A stretch of DNA of 64,000 nt from Ostrea edulis (Eukaryota): the NCBI RefSeq assembly GCF_947568905.1, contig NC_079171.1, positions 49,476,001 through 49,540,000 of the forward strand, given 5' to 3'. The notes under the pieces were generated by a model. That model searched no databases, was not told where the DNA came from, and saw only the letters and a program-made list of their open reading frames with translations. Shown here one piece after another: positions 36,787-50,499 of the stretch (its first letter is position 1; every line of letters starts with the position of its first letter). Made by a program: the position numbers and the translations under genes.

Positions 36787-37700
36787 CGAAGGTCATTCAA
36801 AAAATATCTAGACATGCCACAAACTTTTTTACATCCAAAATTGGTAGACATAATTAGACAATAAATAGTTCTAATTATTTGACAAAATCAGATATGTTAC
36901 GATATGTTTAAAATACTCCAAAAATAAATCCGAAAAATGAGTTCACGGCGCATGGTGGAATTTTGTTATTCACAAAATGCATCATATGATGTTAATTGTC
37001 AAAACTCTCAAAAATGGCACAGTGTACTAAAACAGAAATTGTTTTACCACATCTTGTAGAGAATTATTACATCATTTTATAAGTAAAGTTTTAACGTAAT
37101 ACGTCAAGGTGTTTAATGGAAATCGATTACAGAGAGCAGGTATTTCTCTTTCGTGATGGTGAAAAAATGACGTCACGGGAAATCATGGAGCAGTAAATGG
37201 TCCTAAAATTTTGTGTCGAACTCCGGAAATGTTCAGTAGAAACTGTTAAGATGCTGGTAGAAGACGGATGAAATGACAATATTTAGTCGTACTTTAGTGT
37301 ATAAATGAGATTAACGACTTTCCTGTGGTAGGGACTCTATAATTGTTCGTTATCGCTACACTTCATTCTATGCCAAACGCCCTGGAACAAAACAAAGAAC
37401 TTGTCAAAAGAATACATAACGTTATGGAAAATGATGGCCGCGTCACTGTCGCGGACTTATCAGATATCTCTGATGTTCGCCCCAGCGCCGTCTTCCCTAT
37501 TCTTGCTGAACATTTGGAAATGAGAAGAGTTACAGCCTGCTAGATATCTAGGCGATAAAGCAAGAAAGCGCTACAGGTTGTGTGTGAAATGTAGAGTAGA
37601 ATATTTTGAGAAACTGTAGAACGCGGGGTGCAACGTGGCGAAATTACATACTGGTGTTTTTTAGAGAGATATTGTGTACATAATTATTGAATGACCCTCG
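36787..37700 (+). mobile_element. Internally deleted mariner-like element
   Basis: TA-flanked TIRs CGAAGGTCATTCAA and TTGAATGACCCTCG. Decayed N-terminal transposase at 37184-37560 (EQ..LKFCVEL..., RVTVADLSD...ILAEHLEMRRV). Confidence 0.8.
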
Positions 37701-38069
37701 TACACATTACATGACAACAGTGTAGTACCTCGCACTTCTTCCGATCTTAGTACCTGCATAGCTTATTTCATGTATGAATAAAATTTCTATGAACACAAAA
37801 GTTGGATGTGAATAGATATACAGTGTTATATTGAAGTCAATTATGACATCACATTGTTTTGTGTCAAGATCTAAGGTACCAGCGTAGCGTGTTAACCCCG
37901 TGTTACTGACAAAGCACTATGAGCAAAGCTAAAAATCTAGAGCTCTGAAATGTTATATAATTTCCAATTTATTGAGTGATTTATCCTGTTTTTAATTATC
38001 AACGAATCTTTTTTACTGATATATTTTTAATAGTATTGTTTTTCAACATTTTACTTACTGCTGTACTGT

Positions 38070-38510
38070 CTGGTGTGACGTACAAAATCAACTATATTTA
38101 GAAGAAAAAATCAAGCTGCAAAAGAGGGCAGCAAGAATACTTTTAAATATTCGATATATCAGGACCTCTTCTGGCTTTTTATTTTCGTGTTTGAACCGGA
38201 TGTCAATTGGGTATTGTTCTATGTTTAGAAAGGTTGTCTTTCTGTTCAAGTTTTAAATAATCAAATGCCAAATTACCTAAACGTGTTTAAATATACAAGA
38301 TATGTGAGTTGCCACCATACCAGGTCGAATAGTTATATGTCTAATTTATCATATTTCCCAAGATCTAAAACTGAAAAGTTTAAACGTTCATACAGCTACT
38401 ATTCTGTATTCCTTTGGAACAAACTGTCTCAAAATGTTGGAAACTCTAGTTCGGTTGGCATTTTTAAAGCTATCTATTTGATGGAATATTTTCATAGAAG
38501 TAGCACTTAA
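38070..38510 (+). mobile_element. CR1/L2-type LINE 3' relic
   Basis: QK.AARILL...LF..LN.MSI...NNQMPNYL...TRS...PR.KTE.FKRS.SY....LWNKL motif. Confidence 0.7.
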
Positions 38511-39509
38511 ACATTGTACTTTCCTCTTTTTGTTCCGGTGTGTCAAATGTAGTTGTGATATGGCACTGTGTGCGCGTGTGTCTAATGCTATTTTTTCTAC
38601 TTTCCTTTTATGTCATGTATTCATATTTAGGTAATAATTCTATCATTAAGTAGGTATGTTTTATACTATATTTTTTCTCCTTTTCCTTTTATATCGTATT
38701 CATGTTTAGCTACTAATTTTAGATGTTAATTTTATGTTTGTGTATATGTTTTAATGCAGTACCACAATGGAAATTACCTATATGCTAATGTGTGTAATCC
38801 TGGATAAATAAAGGATATTACATGTATTACTATTGAAAGTTGTGGTAAACTTCTTCCACTTCTTTTCCATTTCTTGAGGTCCAATGTATATGTATAATGA
38901 AACATGCTTTGAAGTTTGAACTCATAACCAAGGATATTGCTTAATAAAAAAAAATACATCTATATCATTTGTATATTTTCTTTTTAAATTTCATTTTAAA
39001 GTTGTTTTTGCAACAACAACAAAAAGGAACAGAAAACCAATTTTAAAAGGAAATAAAACCTACACAGATAACCATATAAACTAATAGATGAATAAAAATC
39101 ACAGTTTATAATAATTAGAATGCAATGCTTTGAATTATATTGTTCAGTAAATCGTTTTGGTTAATAAATAAATCTTAATTAAAGTGTATGGTGAAATTCT
39201 GATTACCACAAAAAACCGTATAAGAAATGCAAACCTGATTACCATACGTCTTATCCTATACCCTTCAATGTTTCGGTTTTTGATACTATGGATTTTACAA
39301 AGTTTGATCCGGTTTTCCTGTCGTCGCGTCGCAAAAAAATACAAAATCACGGTATACATCAATTGGATTGTATTAACCATCTTTATATTTGTACATTTTC
39401 AGCTGTTTTCGACTATATAACACCATTGCAATACGTATTTATCACTGTATAAATCCACTACGGGGTCAACAACGTCCCTTATGTGCGTATGAACATTTGT
39501 TAAAAGTAG

Positions 39510-39763
39510 GTTTGTTTGGTTTTTAGGGGTTTTTTTTTCGCCACACTCAACAATTATTCAGTTATCTGGTAGCATTCAGTTTTTTATTGGTGGAAGATAG
39601 AACCTAGATATAATGCACCTTGGAATACACCACTAACCGTCCGAAAGTAAATTGAGAAACTTTCTCACTTATCAGCGCGAACAGGATTCGAACCCACGCC
39701 GATCATAGGTGAGAGACCGTGTGATTTTGAACGTGATGTTCTAACCACTCTGTCACTGAGGCC
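39510..39763 (-). mobile_element. tRNA-derived SINE (second copy)
   Basis: Collinear with 13763-14003; B box GGTTCGAATCC on the - strand. Confidence 0.8.
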
Positions 39764-40146
39764 GGGTACTACTTTTACTAAGACAATACACATCTAGCAA
39801 TCGCTCTCGCTTACCACAGAAGTATATCAATAGATTAAATCAAGATCACAAAATTTATGTATGATTTTATTTGTATTCCAAGCAGTGGACTTTCATCAAT
39901 AGATTGATAAAGGCATTTCTGTAAAACGAGGTCTTCCTAATGTAGACTCATGTCTAAAAGTTCGTCTGCTACAACTTCACCCTGGTCATCGGTAATGCAG
40001 AATTGTACCTTCTGCTAGACGAAGACATTATACTTTAGAAACAATGTCATTCACACAATTTAGGGCCGATAAGTCGTCAACGTGCATTAAGACCTACGCA
40101 CCGCACTACCTCCGTGCCACAGCAGCAATGAGGTTAGTGATGCCAG

Positions 40147-40979
40147 TATGACAGAGATATTGGTTCAATGTCACTATTTTTATTATATATACAAATTGGC
40201 AATGAGCTATTACAAGGAAAAGAAATAAAACACAATAAATATTGTTTCTTTCCAGAAATATACAACATATCAAATACCCAGTCAACAAAGACATTGTCAT
40301 GAATATTATGGAAAAAAATAAACACAAATACATCAATAACATATCCCAATTGTATGGCAGTGCCACACCCAATTAAACCCGTCTCACCGGAACAAAGAGG
40401 TATTATATTATGAATAATAAAGAAAATTGTATAAACTCATTGTCGAAATTACTAAAGAAATATTCCACTGCTATAACGCATTAGAATTGTTATAACTATA
40501 AATGAACGTTAGCATATTTATGAAATTAATAAAATGCTAAATGTTACTATAGTAGAATTACATGTATTGATACTGATAATATTTATCCAAAATAAAATAT
40601 CAAAACCATTTATAATTTGCTTACCAATATTTAAAATGTGTTACCCCCGAACTCTATTCGAACACCCAGTGAACTGTGTGAAGGGCGGCGTCAGAATGAA
40701 GAGCGTGCACATATAGTGAGTGAGTTATAAATAAGCCGACAAACCGGTTTTAATATTCCAAGTAATCAAACATAATTTATAAATTTCTTAATTACCTGGA
40801 CTATTGTTATAAACACAAAATACTAATATTAAATTGCATCTGAAACTTAAATACATTATTTTGCATATTTTTTAATCTCAAAGAAAATGATTCGCAAGGA
40901 CAGAACTCTATAAATAACTCTCAATCAATTAGGGCGCGCAGTTCGCGATAAAATTCTGCAATACGATTTATGCGTCACA
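40147..40979 (-). repeat. 3' LTR of the Gypsy element
   Basis: Direct repeat of 47321-48149. It starts TGTGAC on the - strand right after the polypurine tract GGGGGAGAAA (40980-40989). Confidence 0.92.
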
Positions 40980-41449
40980 TTTCTCCCCCGCGCAGTTTTG
41001 TTGATGTCCTCATCAACTACACACAAGTAAATCAAATAAAAAAAAATCAAATTCAACTGAAAGATAATCTATGTACAATCATTGTGGTCAATTCAATTTC
41101 GTTTTGTTCGCAAATACTCTGCAAATGTTTGGCTTAAATTAGCACCAAGACTTGCACTAAGTGCAGCCATTGCATGTCCAAACTCTTGAAAATCACTAGA
41201 AAAAGAAGATGCAACACTTGCTGATTGCTTATTTGATATTACAGATTTTGGCAGATTAAATGGGTTAGAGTGTTTCCCGGCGGTGGACCGTTTAGAACGC
41301 CGTAATTCGGGCATGTCATGAGAAACCTGTGGGGTACTTTGTTCAGTATCCTTACCTGAATAATCCCCTTCAGTCGTTTCACTCATCTTATCCATACCAT
41401 CCAGAAATTCACTTGCACTGTGAATAATTTCTCATGTTTTCTGATGTGA

Positions 41450-44400
41450 TTACGAATCTGATTCGGATTCTTCTGCAATATCTTCCTCATCATGAGCAAC
41501 AATTTCTCCTGTATCAAATATTTCCTTCCGGTGCAAAACCTTTGTTTGTCCACAATGGTCAGCTGGTCTTACCTTGTAAACATTTTCTTGTAACCTTTCT
41601 ATGACAACATATGGAAGTGCCTTCCAGACATCTTGAATTTTATTCCGGCCTTGCACATGGTTTTTCAAAAGAACTTTTGCACCTACCTGTATTGCAGAAG
41701 GCGTAGAATTCTTGTCGTGTAACTCGCGTCGTCTTTCAGCACCTTTCTTTGGATTTTGTAATGCTTCAGTAAGTGCTTTGTTGAGTCGCTTCTTGTGTGA
41801 ATCTAGCCATTCGTTGACGCCTGTGGCATTACTGTCATGATTGATGCCCAGTAAATGATCAATTGGTAGTCTTGGTTCTCTACCGAAAAGAAGATAAAAA
41901 GGAGACAACCCAGTAGTTGCATGTGGAGTTGCGTTATATACATATACAATTTCTGGTAAATATGTTGTCCATTTCTTCTTCCTTTCTGTATCCAGTGTCC
42001 TTAACCGATCATGCAATGTACGATTAAATCGTTCACATTGTGAGTTTCCTTCAGATGATAAGGAGTACACCTGGACTTCTTGATGTTGTACAACTTGCAT
42101 AACTCTTTGACCACTTCGCCCTCGAAATTCCTACCTTGGTCACTGTGTAAGCGATTGGGAATTCCAAATTTGTGGAACCAATTGTACACCAAATTTTTAG
42201 CAACTGTTGAAGCCTTCTGATTTTTTGTTGGAATGGCTTGTGTAAATTTCGTGAAAACATCTGTCAAAACCAATACATTTTCGTAACCATCTGACGATTT
42301 TTCTAAAAGTGTGTAATCCATTGCTAGAATTTCTAATGAGTGTTTAGCAATCAAATTCCCCATTGGTGGTCTGATAGTAGGAATAGGTACTTTTGCGATC
42401 ATACATCTCTCACATTTTTCAATCCATCTAATAACATCACCTTGCATTCCTGGCAAATAGCATCTTCTTTTGGTGAAGGCCAATGTTCTCTCTCGACCTT
42501 GATGACCAGAACAATCATGTAAGGACTCCAAAACTTGTTGTTTCAAACAGTCAGGTAGAACAACCTGCAAATACTCTCCATCCAAATCTTTACTGGTCAT
42601 GAACAAGACACCTTCTTTCACCTGCAAAAAATAATATTTCCTTAGAAGTTTCCTTACCTTTTTATTTTCCTTAGAAATTTGTCGAGATGTTGGTTTATGC
42701 CCAGAATCTAACCAATTGAATACTTTAGAGATATTTCGATCATCTCTCTGTAGTTTCTCCAAATCTGGCATACTATACTCTGGAAAAGTTGGTGATAATA
42801 CTGCTGACTCCTCAACATCCTCGTCATTTGTGATGATCTGACAATCTGTGATAATGCCTTGCAGAGACACTGACTTGGAAACATATGATAGAATTTCTTC
42901 CGAGTTACTCTGACAGTGCATTCTGCTTAAACTGTCAGCATTTTGGTTCAATTTGCCTGATCTATACTTTATTGTGAAATTAAATTGAGCCAACTCTGAA
43001 GCCCATCTTAACTCAGTCGCACCCAATTTTGCTGTCTTAAGATAGCTCAGAGGATTATTGTCGGTATAAACGACAAAGTCATTCCCTAAAAGATAATCTC
43101 TGAATTTGTCCGTTATCGCCCATTTCAGTGCTAGTAACTCAAGTTTCATTGAGTTATAATTTGACATGTTTTTCTCACCTGGTTTGAGACTTCTGGAAGC
43201 ATAAGCAATCACTACGCGCTGATCTTGTTGCTGGCTCAAAACTGCTCCAAGTCCGTTTAAGCTGGCATCCATTTCAAGAATGAATGGAGTCTCAAAGTTT
43301 GGAAAACCTAAAACTGTAGTACTTGTAAGACATGTTTTGAGTCTTCCAAAAGCAGTATCGCAGTCGGCATTCCATCTAACACTGGAAGGTACCTGTTTTG
43401 TAACTAGTTTCCTACCTTTGGTTTTCTTCTCTTGTTTTGTCAACACTGCATGTAGAGGCGCTGCTATCTGACTAAACCCCTTAATAAATTTTCTGTAGTA
43501 CCCGGCTAGACCAAGAAAAGACCGCAATTCCTTTTCTGATTTAGGCGCTTTCCAGTCATTAATAACAGCAATTTTCTCTGGGTCGACTTTCACTCCCATT
43601 TCACTTACAACATGACCAAGATATCTAACCTCTTTTTCAAAAAAAGTACACTTAGAAGGCTTGATTTTTAACCCATTATCCCTCAGTCTGTTGAAAATAA
43701 ATTCTAAATGATCTGCAAAAGATTTTGAAAATACGAGAATGTCATCCAAGTAAAGAAGAAGTATTTCAAAATTCTTATCACCTAGACAAGCTTCCATTAA
43801 TCTTTGGAAAGTACTCGGACTATTGCAAAGACCAAATGGCATGCGCACAAATTCATATAAACCAAGAGGTCCAACTCGAAATGCTGTTTTATGACAATCT
43901 CTCTCGTCCATCTTAACTTGATAGAAACCTTGTGCCAAATCCAAAGTTGAAAAGTATTTCGCGCCATGAAGAGCATCTAAAGCCTCTTCAATTATCGGTA
44001 TTGGAAATGCATCTTTGATTGTTTTAAGATTAAGCTGTCTATAATCTACGCAAAGGCGCAAAGAGTTATCTCGCTTCCGCACCAATACCGCCGCAGCACC
44101 GTAAGGACTTGTGCTAGGTCGAATTATACCTTACTGCAATAGTTTCTGAATATGAGACTTCACTTCTTCCATCTGATTTGGAGGAATTCTTCTATGGGGT
44201 AGTTTTACTGGAACATTGTCAGTCGTCAATATTCTGTGCTGTACAGTATCTGAAAATCCTAGATCATCAGTATCCTTACAGAAAATATCCTGATGTTGAC
44301 CAATAACTGATACCTACATGTCTCTTTCATTGTCAGACAAGCATGTACCAATGTTTACGTCTACACCATGGATTTTTACAGAATTCTTTGTGGAAGTTAC

Positions 44401-45231
44401 TTCATCTCTTACATCGGCCTTTTGTTTGCATTCTAGCTGTACTTTTCCTATGCATACTTGTATTTCCTGACTACTCACCTGTATGTCCACTTCACAATCT
44501 TAGTGAGGGGAATACTCAACCTCTGTTCGACATAATATACCTACCCTTGTTTTTGGATTAAGCCATGCATCATCATCACCAATGTTAACTACTCTGAACG
44601 GAATAATACCGTTTTCGACATTTGCATATGTGTCAATTACAATAATATTTCTGTGGAGAGAACCGTGATCTCCATATACTGCTTGTACAAGAGCACTATA
44701 GTTCTTGGAACTTTGGCGTGTAGTACCCATATCAACTTTCATGGTTCTAGATGGGATTTTGACCGGATTTTGACCTGCAACCTTGACAAAACTTAATTTT
44801 TCAGAGTCATCAACTGGAGATACACTCATTTCAAACACAGACAGAGTATTAAGTAAATGATCATTTTTGCCTGTAATCGAAATAAGGTTCTGATCTACTT
44901 GTTCCCTAAGCATATGGAAGAAATTACTTCCCAATACGCCAGGAACACGCATTTTTCTATCTTTACCAAAATTATCAACAGGATCCTTTACAACTAGTAT
45001 TCCAACATTTGGAATGGAATAATGAGCAGTGTCTATATCTACCTCTATGTAAACAATGTATGGAATTGGTAGATGATTGGCGCCAGACACTCTCATCCAT
45101 TTGGTTACATCTATTAATTTTGGCTCTGATTTCAACAAATCTCGGAAGTAAGACTCGTTGATTGTAGAAACTTGTGAACCAATGTCAATTAGACACGATA
45201 TTGGCTTACATTCTATGTTGACTGTTACCAC
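41450..45231 (-). pseudogene. Gypsy pol: protease, RT, RNase H, integrase (stop and frameshifts)
   Basis: LIDIGSQVS (PR); RMPFGL and YLDD (RT); DASLNGLGAVL (RH); H-H-C-C and the D,D-E integrase core split across ORFs 42001-44085 and 41450-42100. Confidence 0.95.
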
Positions 45232-45308
45232 CGGACATTTCCCAATAGCTTTCTCAATGATATGCTGGTCAATTGAGTCATTAAGCCCATCGTCCGCTGG
45301 TTGATTCT

Positions 45309-46399
45309 CTACAACGGACGCTTCTCGTTTAAAGGATTGGTATTTGAACTTTTTGACATACCTTTCCCCTGAAAAGTTTTATCATCTTGTAACTGAGTAC
45401 TACATTCGGGTGCTCTGTGCCCCTTTCCACCGCAACGGTAACATGTTAAATGAAATTGCTTAATTTTAGGAAGCTGTTTTCCTTTGACAGTTTTTGCATC
45501 AGAATCGGATTTACTTTTCACGACCTGATCAGACAATTTTTGCAATTGTTTTTGATTTTCTTCAATTTGTTTCTGTTGTACTTTAGGAATGTTCATAAGA
45601 TCAAGTAATTGACTATCATCTTGTGATGTTAAAACTCTAGATTTGATACTATCTTGTGTGTATATTTCATTCGCAGAGTATTTGCTCAGTGGTTCAGCTC
45701 TATAATCTTCAGACCACTGTAACACTGTCTGTCTAAACTCACCAAATGACATAGACTTCCTTTCAAAAGAAAACCGTCTGATCTCTCTCCGGAGAGACGA
45801 ATCGCGAATGCCTCAATAAAACGTTCTTTCAACAACTCATCGAAATCGGTGACTACATTTTCGTCTTTCGTGATAATCTGTTCAACTAATTTCATAAGTG
45901 CCAAAGAATAATTTTGTAAAGATTCACCATATCTTTGATCGCGTTGATAAAACTGTTGTTGCAGAGCGCCAAGAGTTTCTGTGCTTACAAATACATCTCT
46001 GATTATTTTCAAAATTTTCTCTGACGTATCCCTTTCTACAGTGGGGCGTAATCTTATCTCAAATTTAGCCTGTCCACCCAAATTATCCATTAAAAAATAT
46101 ATTCTAGCATTTTCATCATGAATAATTCGAAGATGTTAATCTGCATCTTGTAACCACTCTGATACATCTGGGTCATTCTCTTTCATTGGTCTTCCATTCA
46201 ACTTTGCAATATGTTTCTCTCTCGCAACATAAACAGTTTTATTTCCTTTCATTCGACTCTCAACACTCGTTCCCTTTTTTTCGTTTATATTTCTTTCTGT
46301 TAACAATTGTTCTTGAAGTCTGAACAGTTCGTGCTCTAAATGTCCTGATTTTTGTCTTTCATTGTGAAGCTACTCCTTAATTTCTTTCTTTGTAGTCAT
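45309..46399 (-). pseudogene. Gypsy gag (PNMA-like, CCHC zinc knuckle), frameshifted
   Basis: ORFs 45686-46090 (FYQRDQRYGESLQNY) and 45309-45752 (CYRCGGKGHRAPEC). Confidence 0.85.
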
Positions 46400-47299
46400 A
46401 ATTCACACTCTACTAAGTTCACATTAATGATAAAGTATCTGTATCTGCTACACAGAGTCTGTATACCTGTACATTAATGGCGAATTACAAAAATGTTAGT
46501 TTGTATCACCTCTCTTTGGCGTTGCTTTTTTTCACGAGTTGTATCAAGTTTCTGAGGTATCTTTCTATCTGCCGTCCTCTTCAGTTTTCTAACTGCAGAG
46601 CTTCCATATTGAACTTTCCTCTATGTTTGAAAGAACAAGGTACGATTGTATACATAAAAAGGCCCAAAAATGTTCTCTCTATAAAATGTGTCTGGAATTA
46701 ACCTTAATCAGCGTTTTAAGAAAGTAAAATATATGCCAGGTATACTATATCAACAAAATCAGAATGATATTCCTAATTGGATAGCATATGACATCATGAT
46801 TAAGACATTTCCCGCCTTTTTTTTTCAAAATAAGCTTGAAAACTATCAAATGTCATACAGATTATTGCTCAGGAAAAGATGTGCGCATTTGTCGAGCAAA
46901 ATGAAAATGATATATATTGTGTATTATTTTAAGATGAAAAACATACTTGAACATGAATTTGCTCGACGCATGCGCTGTATGTTTTCTGAGAAGAAAACCA
47001 CCTAAATTTGTGGATATTTTCATTGAAAATGGCATTTTTGCAATTTTATGCCAACTTCTTGCTCTCATCATATGACACACATCATTTTACTGATCAAACT
47101 GAGCGGAATTTGGGTTTGCTAATCCATTCCTTATTTGAATGCCAGAGTTTAAGCTCCAAGTAAAATCATCGATATTTTGGGCCAAATGACTTTAGAAACT
47201 GTACCTACTTCTTTGGTAGGCACACCTAAATATCATAGTTCACTGCCAATGACAACTTATACCGAAAATATCCTGATTAAGCATAGCCCATCTGATTTC

Positions 47300-47317
47300 G
47301 AAATGTCCACGACGCCA
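47300..47317 (-). promoter_or_regulatory. Primer-binding site (TGGCGTCGTGGACATTTC)
   Basis: Starts with TGG 3 nt after the 5' LTR; its complement ends in CCA like a tRNA 3' end. The tRNA is not identified. Confidence 0.7.
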
Positions 47318-47320
47318 CTT

Positions 47321-48149
47321 TATGACAAAGATTTTGGTTCAATGTCACTATTTTTATTATATATACAAATTGGCAATGAGCTATTACAAGGAAAAGAAAT
47401 AAAACACAATAAATATTGTTTCTTTCCAAAAATATACAACATATCAAATACTCAGTCAACAAAGACATTGTCATGAATATTATGGAAAAAATAAACACAA
47501 ATACATCAATAACATACCCCAATTGTATGGCAGTGCCACACCCAATTAAACCCGTCTCACCGGAACAAAGAGGTATTCTATTGTGAATAATAAAGAAAAT
47601 TGTATAAACTCATTGTCGAAATTATTAAAGAAATGTTCCACTGCTTTAACGCATTAGAATTGTTATAACTATAAATGAACGTTAGCATATTTATGAAATT
47701 AATAAAATGCTAAATGTTACTATAGTAGAATTACATCTATTGATACTGATAATATTTATCCAAAATAAAATATCAAAACATTTTATAATTTGCTTACCAA
47801 TATTAAAAATGTATTACCCCGAACTCTATTCGAACACCCAGTGAACTGTGTGAAGGGCGGTGCCAGAATGAAGAGCGTGCACATATAGTAAGTGAGTTAT
47901 AAATAAGCCGACAAACCCGTTTTAATATTCCAAGTAATCAAACATAATTTATAAATTTCTTAATTACCTGGACTATTGTTATAAACACAAAATACTAATA
48001 TTAAATTGTATCTGAAACTTAAATACATTATTTTGCATATTTTTTAATCTCAAAGAAAATGATTCGCAAGGACAGAACTCTATAAATAACTCAATCAATT
48101 ACGGCGCGCAGTTCGCGATAAAAATCCGCAATACGATTTATGAGTCACA
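47321..48149 (-). repeat. 5' LTR of the Gypsy element
   Basis: Direct repeat of 40147-40979, followed on the - strand by the PBS. Confidence 0.92.
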
Positions 48150-48757
48150 TTTAAAAAAGACAAATATATTCCATTTAAATACACAGGAGTATCGGGGGTT
48201 TTAATCAAAGGTCATCGTAAAGGTTTTGTTAAATGAAAAATCATCATATATGACAGTCCCTGCATCGGCATTGCCATTCAGTAATTTAATGTCAGAACCA
48301 CACTCTGCGAAAAATAAAGATTTTGATAACATTTATATTTCGCATTCTTTGTCTTGCTAAGTAACACTAATTAGAATACTTCCAACACCTTAAAGGTTTG
48401 TGTATCAATATCAACCCCAAATAAAAACGCTCTAACGCTTTGAAAACTAATTAAAAAAATAAATTACAATATTCATTTGCACCAATTCCACTTTTTTACT
48501 TAAAAAAAATAGTTATTCATTTTTTTTATCAGCGTATATTCTTTGTGATTCTTTGGAAGAAAAGGACGACGTTCGATTCTGTTGCAAGTAAGATTAAATC
48601 ACGTTATAAAATGAAATATTGTGGTTATTTATTTGTGGGTGCGATGAACTAGGTGTTTATATCTTTTGTACCTTGTCAAAATGAAAATATCGTCGTAAGT
48701 ATTGTTGCAAACCGTCTCTGTAATGGAATATTTACGTGCGCAATTAGTGTTATCCAT

Positions 48758-48920
48758 TTCGCTCAGTGGTAGAACGTTCGCTTTGTGATCTGAAAACCAC
48801 ATATTCGGGCCCTGCTCATATCATGGCCTCGTCAAACCTCAGGCGTAAAACATATATCGTGATTTGTCCTACAGCCCTCGACATTTAGAGTGCTCGCGGA
48901 TATGACCTTAAAAACAATGA
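48758..48920 (+). mobile_element. tRNA-derived SINE, second family (decayed)
   Basis: Head cgctcagtggtagaacgttcgct, then catggcctcgtcaaacct; homologs at 60599-60760 and 54965-55145. Confidence 0.7.
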
Positions 48921-49189
48921 CGTATCGATAGGAGTGAATAATCCGAGACTCGACATAAATAAAATTGAAAACGGGACAGACACGGGCCCAGGAAGCTTCA
49001 ATTGTTAGATTTTATGAGATAGGCAATATTTTAAAGAGTGTATATTTCACTTTGGTATATTTCAAGTAATTCCGTTGAATTTTCAGTTCATAGATATATA
49101 CTGTTCATAAAATCTGGATAATGGATAGATAATTTGAAACCTTTGTCCATAAATTAAATACAAGACAAAAAGAGATGCAAGCATTGATA

Positions 49190-49221
<32 letters not shown>

Positions 49222-49260
49222 AATCTATCTATGTATGTATGTATGTATGTATATGTATAT
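49190..49260. repeat. Compound (ATCT)n(ATGT)n microsatellite
   Basis: Direct inspection. Confidence 0.95.
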
Positions 49261-49423
49261 ACAATGCATAGTCTGTATACGTTGAGGAATTTTCATTTAT
49301 GAATGGGTGAATTTCAGACTTTGGCTTTATTTTTTGACACCAGGACACGACGCAAAAACCTAAAAAGGTTGATGCGCACTGTCTTGTCTGTAAATGTTTT
49401 TAATTCTAATTGCTAACAAATTA

Positions 49424-49426
<3 letters not shown>

Positions 49427-49478
<52 letters not shown>
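49427..49478. repeat. (AT)n microsatellite
   Basis: Direct inspection. Confidence 0.98.
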
Positions 49479-49482
<4 letters not shown>

Positions 49483-49640
49483 AAAAACAAATAAAAATAA
49501 CATTTGTCAACTGATGTAGCATTTAAAACATGTTTGGTTTGTTGTATTAATGGTAATTATTTTTTTTATAGAGAGCAGGGCATTTTTAGATATAGGATGG
49601 GCGAGTTCAGCTTTGACGCGATACCTTTGAACAATATACA

Positions 49641-49782
49641 ATTATGGACTGTCTAGGAAGGAGAGATCAGAAATTGTCAGGTTTTAGTAGGGTTATCACC
49701 CGAGGGCGGCTATGCGCCCGAGGGTGATAACCCTACTCAGACCTGATAATTTGTTATGTCTCCCTGCTAAACAGTCCATAAT
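49641..49782. repeat. ~140-bp imperfect palindrome
   Basis: Arms attatggactgt...agtagggttatcaccc and gggtgataaccctact...acagtccataat. Confidence 0.9.
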
Positions 49783-50499
49783 AGTTTTATTATCCTGAAG
49801 AATCTGAACGTTAAAAAAACTATCACACATTTGTTGAATTGCACCATGTATCTTTTTTATTTGAAACGTCAACAGATTCGTAATAACTTTCTCTGCAGAA
49901 AATTCTGATAATTTTTCAATAGTTTTCGAGGGGTGAACTCTCAACTACATACATTATTTTGTTTTACACTCAATTTCATACATTTATTAGATATATATAT
50001 GTTAACGAAAGCAAAACATTGAGGTTTCAGGAAGTGAATGAGAGAAATCTTTCAATTGTGACGTCACAGTAGAATGATGTAAAAAAAACTTAACGTCAAA
50101 CGTAAACATTTCGTAACGTATTTCAAGACAAAAACGTAAACATCAAGTGAAATGCAAAATTGCATTAGAATGGAAATATTTCCCCTCTTGATTGTTATTT
50201 GTGACCGTTAATGTTGACGCTGAAGTTTACAATTAACGATCCCGAATATTTTCAATTATTTTTAATAGAGCTTTCTCGCTTGTGCTATTGGAAGTTATCT
50301 TCTAAAGGGAGACAACACAGTTGTCACCGTGCGCATGAGGGAGACATCACGAATTGGCTCCCTCCACGTAACCAGCCCTCGACCAATGAAAGTGATTGTA
50401 TTATTCTGAAGGATAATAATATCTGTTGTCGATTTGCGGTGTCCATTGTTTCCTGTCTCATTGAATTACCTGACCTTGGATAACTATAAAGTTATTTTG

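Larger units (their letters stand above)
40147..48149 (-). mobile_element. Gypsy/Ty3 LTR retrotransposon, full length and mildly decayed
   Basis: Two ~830-bp direct repeats, PBS, PPT, and gag-PR-RT-RH-INT domain order on the - strand. Confidence 0.95.

Noticed and set aside
40106-40716. Hydrophobic ORFs duplicated at 47177-47522
   Set aside because: Chance frames within the AT-rich LTRs.
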